Source: Candidatus Parvarchaeum sp.
Lineage (GTDB): Archaea; Nanobdellota; Nanobdellia; Parvarchaeales; Parvarchaeaceae
Direction of reading: 5' to 3'
Length of the DNA: 37,361 nt
NCBI GenBank assembly: GCA_049965555.1
Contig: JBMFWF010000008.1
Coordinates: 1 to 37,361, forward strand
How positions within the stretch are numbered: the stretch's first letter is position 1; every line of letters starts with the position of its first letter. The translations under genes and the position numbers were made by a program. Under the pieces are notes generated by a model. It was not told the origin of the DNA. It did not search any database and saw only the letters and a program-made list of their open reading frames with translations. Below, piece by piece: positions 34,218 to 37,361 of the stretch.

Positions 34218-35677
34218 TATTCATACCTTTTTTTAAGTTCATCAAAATCAACCGAAGCAGAATCTAAAATAACAAGATCCAGTTTATCTGCGTTTATCCT
34301 GAACTGCTTCATTGAATCGCTTTCCCTCACGGTTATTGTATTATCGGCCATTGTGTCGTAATCGACTGTAAAAGCAATCTTTATTCCGATTTCTTCGGCC
34401 CGCCTGTATCTCTTCCCTATGCTACCATTGTCGCTGTATAGTATGTCATTTCTAAACCTTGAACCATTGAAAATAGACGCTGCTTTGACATCAAGATTAT
34501 CTTTTGATACCAATGGGAAGATTGCTGCCTTGAAAGGGGATATGGCGCTATTCATTGAAAGCCACGCCCTATTTTGATCTTTTCTGAACGAAGAGAACAA
34601 AAGTAAGTAAAACAGCCTGTCGGTTCCCATAGATATCTCAAATATCTGGGGTATCTTCCCTTCAACTCTTAATCCTTTTGCACCTTTTTCTTCATATGCA
34701 GAAAGGTCATGCTCTCCGCGATTGTTGCATGCAACCAGCTCTATCCACTGATCTTCTTTCTTAATCTCAATGTCAAAAGATTCCTTTGAGTAGAAGGCCT
34801 TGTCTTCGTAAAGTTTTCTATATCTTATTTCTTGGTTATTGAATCCGACCCTTAGCAAAAACTCATGCACTTTTGCTATTCCATATGCAGTTACATTGCT
34901 TTTTATTACCTGCTTCGAAAGTGCATCGCTAATCAATATCTCTCTTATTGTACTGTCATTCTTGTCATATATGTTTATTTTATAGTCTTGATCAAGCTTG
35001 AAATCATCATTAATGAAGAATATCTCTATATCATTCTGATAGAACTCCCTCTGCCTCAAAAGATTGTTTCTAGGAGAGATTTCGTTTCTAAAGGCTTTGC
35101 CTACCTGGGCTATTGTCATTGGCAGTTTTTTGCCGTAAGCTTCAAAGACCCTTTTAAAGTCGAGGAATATCGACTGGCAAGCTTCTGGCCGAAGGTAAGC
35201 CGAAATGTCATCTCCAACCTTTACCGGAAACATTGTACCGAATTTTTTTATGCCGTCTAGTTCTCCGCCGCACTTGCTGCACTTTATAGAATATTCTTTT
35301 ATGTACTTTAAGTATTCTTCATCAGATAAACCTTCAAAGTTCTTACTACTGTCTTTTTCCTCCAAAAGCTTATCGACTCTGTAGACTGTGCCGCACTTGC
35401 TGCACTTTATCTCCATATCAAAAAAGTTATCTTCATGCCCAGAGGCCTGCAAAACTATTCTTGGAAGAATAACACTGCCGGAAATTTCAAAGCCATCCAT
35501 TGAGTAAACAGTCTGCCTCCACTGCTCCAGCAAATTATTGAGTATTCTTACGCCTATTGGGCCATAATCCCAAAATCCGGCTATATTATCGCTGAACACC
35601 TCCGAAGAATGGAAGAATATCCCCCTTGAAAGTGCTATCTTTAAAAGCGCATCGTCTCTTTCTTCTTTTTTATCCAT
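34211..35677 (-). CDS. glyS: Glycine--tRNA ligase (alpha2, archaeal/eukaryotic type)
   Basis: GFWDYGPIG, ASGH...F.D, YLRPE, QVGKAFRNEISPR..LLR.REF.Q and the anticodon domain GSIGKRYRR. Confidence 0.94.
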   Translation of the reverse strand: MDKKEERDDALLKIALSRGIFFHSSEVFSDNIAGFWDYGPIGVRILNNLLEQWRQTVYSMDGFEISGSVILPRIVLQASGHEDNFFDMEIKCSKCGTVYRVDKLLEEKDSSKNFEGLSDEEYLKYIKEYSIKCSKCGGELDGIKKFGTMFPVKVGDDISAYLRPEACQSIFLDFKRVFEAYGKKLPMTIAQVGKAFRNEISPRNNLLRQREFYQNDIEIFFINDDFKLDQDYKINIYDKNDSTIREILISDALSKQVIKSNVTAYGIAKVHEFLLRVGFNNQEIRYRKLYEDKAFYSKESFDIEIKKEDQWIELVACNNRGEHDLSAYEEKGAKGLRVEGKIPQIFEISMGTDRLFYLLLFSSFRKDQNRAWLSMNSAISPFKAAIFPLVSKDNLDVKAASIFNGSRFRNDILYSDNGSIGKRYRRAEEIGIKIAFTVDYDTMADNTITVRESDSMKQFRINADKLDLVILDSASVDFDELKKRYEYH

Positions 35678-35708
35678 CTAATGAAATAAAGTTGGTGGCT
35701 TAAATTAA

Positions 35709-37361
35709 TTACTTTCTGCTTCTTTTCTTACGAACCGCTTTCTTTTTAGTGCTTGTACTGCCCTTATTTTTGCGCATTTTTACATACAACCTATATTCAA
35801 AGATTATGCCTGCAAGCACAACCCCTATTGCTATCCCAAGAACTATAAAACTTATCTCTTCTGTGAGAGGAGCTGCAGGGGTAGAAACAGGTATAGGCTG
35901 AAGAGAAGGAGTATAAGGTATAAGACTTGCATTTGAAAGAAGCATACCAAGCTGAGTAAAGCCTCTTGCTTCAGTTTCAAAAAGCAGATACTCTGGAAAA
36001 TCAGAATTGCTTACATTTGAGGAATTGTAGAACTGGTTCCCAAAGTAGTAATAGCTTATCCCCAAGAAAGGAGTTACTCCGCTTGCCTCGGCAGAATTTA
36101 TAGTGTTTAGGGTTGCAATTGCACTTTGGTTGCCTATCTGAGATAATACTGAAAGATTAATCAGGCTGTTCTCTTCTATAAGCATTTGTGCAATGCTTAT
36201 CGATTCTATAGATGCAAATATTGACGAGATGTAGTTCCCACTGTAATATCTTGACTGCGCTGAACTTAGGTAAGATTGCATTTGAGACACTTCTGATGGC
36301 AAATCTACACCAAGTAAACTTGCATAGTCATTGTATGAAGAAGCCTTATAAAGATAATAATTGCTCAATGCTTCATAATTTGACTGGGAGAAATTTGAAC
36401 TTCCTTTTGGAAGTATTGAAACCCAGAAGTATGCCGTTTGGGCTTTTACTGCGGCAAGTGAGTAGTAGTAAATTGCATTTTGCAAGTTTCCAGAAGAAAG
36501 GCTTTGAACAGAATCATTCAAATAATCCCGTGCCTGCATAAGCCTATCGAAAGCTATGAACTTTAGTATTAAAGTAGATGAATTAGAAATGTAATTTGAT
36601 GATATGTTGTTTTCTATCCCATTTATCGTTGAGTTCTCTTTTGATATTAGATTACTTACAAATGAATCTTGGTTTGAAGAAGGCAAAGTTTCTAGTATTT
36701 TCGCCTGCAATAAATCAGAAGAAGAGGTTATCATGCTGCTAGCTGCAACATAATAACTGCCATTCGCTGCTTCTGCTTTCTGTGTTGACATGTCAGAAAC
36801 CGCTTGGCTTATAAGTAACTGTATGGAAGAATTGCTGCTATTAACGCTGGGCAAAGAGGAGTATAGCCCATTCTGGTAAGAATCAAATTGCAAGTAAGTC
36901 TGCTTCATCAGTGAAAGGTAAAGATTTGTCTGTATGTTGTAATTAACAGTTGGCGTTACATTATAGCCTGTGAAGTACTGGAAAGCTTGATATTCAGAAC
37001 TTACCGGCACAGGTATTTCTCCATGCGCTTCATCATAAGAAAGGGCAGCCGATGATATGGTGTCAGTAGAAGGATAAAGAAAAGTTTTGATGTGCTGATT
37101 TGCAGCCGCTTCGGATTTCTGCGAAACATCTCCTACTATCCCTACGCTGCCGTCTGGATTTGCAGTGCCTGTCATTGCAACGTTTTTGTTCAGTGGTTTA
37201 CCCGAAAGTATTGACATTGCGGCCATCGTAAACGCCGAACCTGCGCTTGGCCCGCCCACTTCAACTGAAGAAGATGTTATGTAATAGTAGAAATTGTAAT
37301 TATCACAGTTAACGTTAAGCAGTTGACAAGCCAATTCTGCCGACAAAACGGCCTGTGCCTG
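35709..37361 (-). CDS. Membrane-anchored S16 (Lon-proteolytic-domain) serine protease, 5'-partial
   Basis: VGGPSAG (catalytic Ser), AMTGT..PDGSVG.VG.V..K (catalytic Lys), a helical region and a C-terminal TM helix with a basic tail. The frame stays open to the window edge (QAQAV precedes the TTG at 37346). Confidence 0.9.
   Translation of the reverse strand, partial: QAQAVLSAELACQLLNVNCDNYNFYYYITSSSVEVGGPSAGSAFTMAAMSILSGKPLNKNVAMTGTANPDGSVGIVGDVSQKSEAAANQHIKTFLYPSTDTISSAALSYDEAHGEIPVPVSSEYQAFQYFTGYNVTPTVNYNIQTNLYLSLMKQTYLQFDSYQNGLYSSLPSVNSSNSSIQLLISQAVSDMSTQKAEAANGSYYVAASSMITSSSDLLQAKILETLPSSNQDSFVSNLISKENSTINGIENNISSNYISNSSTLILKFIAFDRLMQARDYLNDSVQSLSSGNLQNAIYYYSLAAVKAQTAYFWVSILPKGSSNFSQSNYEALSNYYLYKASSYNDYASLLGVDLPSEVSQMQSYLSSAQSRYYSGNYISSIFASIESISIAQMLIEENSLINLSVLSQIGNQSAIATLNTINSAEASGVTPFLGISYYYFGNQFYNSSNVSNSDFPEYLLFETEARGFTQLGMLLSNASLIPYTPSLQPIPVSTPAAPLTEEISFIVLGIAIGVVLAGIIFEYRLYVKMRKNKGSTSTKKKAVRKKRSRK

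Noticed and set aside
3253-36541. Many 60-160 aa alternative-frame and antisense ORFs in the track (e.g. 20081..20485, 29316..29792, 34865..35260)
   Set aside because: They are shadows of well-supported genes, mostly with non-ATG starts and no motifs.
37344-37346. TTG start for the S16 protease
   Set aside because: The frame stays open to the window edge and no signal peptide follows, so the gene is 5'-partial.

Overview
This is a gene-dense, AT-rich archaeal chromosome segment. Gene content, BRE/TATA promoters, very short or overlapping intergenic regions, an unlinked 23S rRNA gene and acidophile-type surface repeats suggest a reduced DPANN archaeon, possibly Parvarchaeota/ARMAN-like (inference, not verified). 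It begins with the 5' ~1.18 kb of a 23S rRNA gene on the minus strand, which has its own promoter. Next is a ~12.5 kb cell-surface locus: a 1397-aa class III signal peptide (pilin-like) adhesin with repeat, PA14-like and DUF2341-like modules, an A24 prepilin peptidase, four tandem paralogous pilin-like proteins (one with a C2H2 zinc finger) and two other anchored proteins, interrupted by dph5. Housekeeping genes follow: DUF357, fen1, map, polB, glmS, thpR, a ThiF-like E1, the rpo7-spt4-eS24-eS31-kae1-(DRG-like pseudo-GTPase)-bud32-uS15-eS1 operon, tRNA-Ala(GGC), a truncated TFS, FNR, nnrD, glyS and a partial S16 protease. A small family of paralogous membrane proteins is interspersed. No CRISPR array or mobile element was seen. 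All family calls come from motif recognition by eye; no database searches were run.
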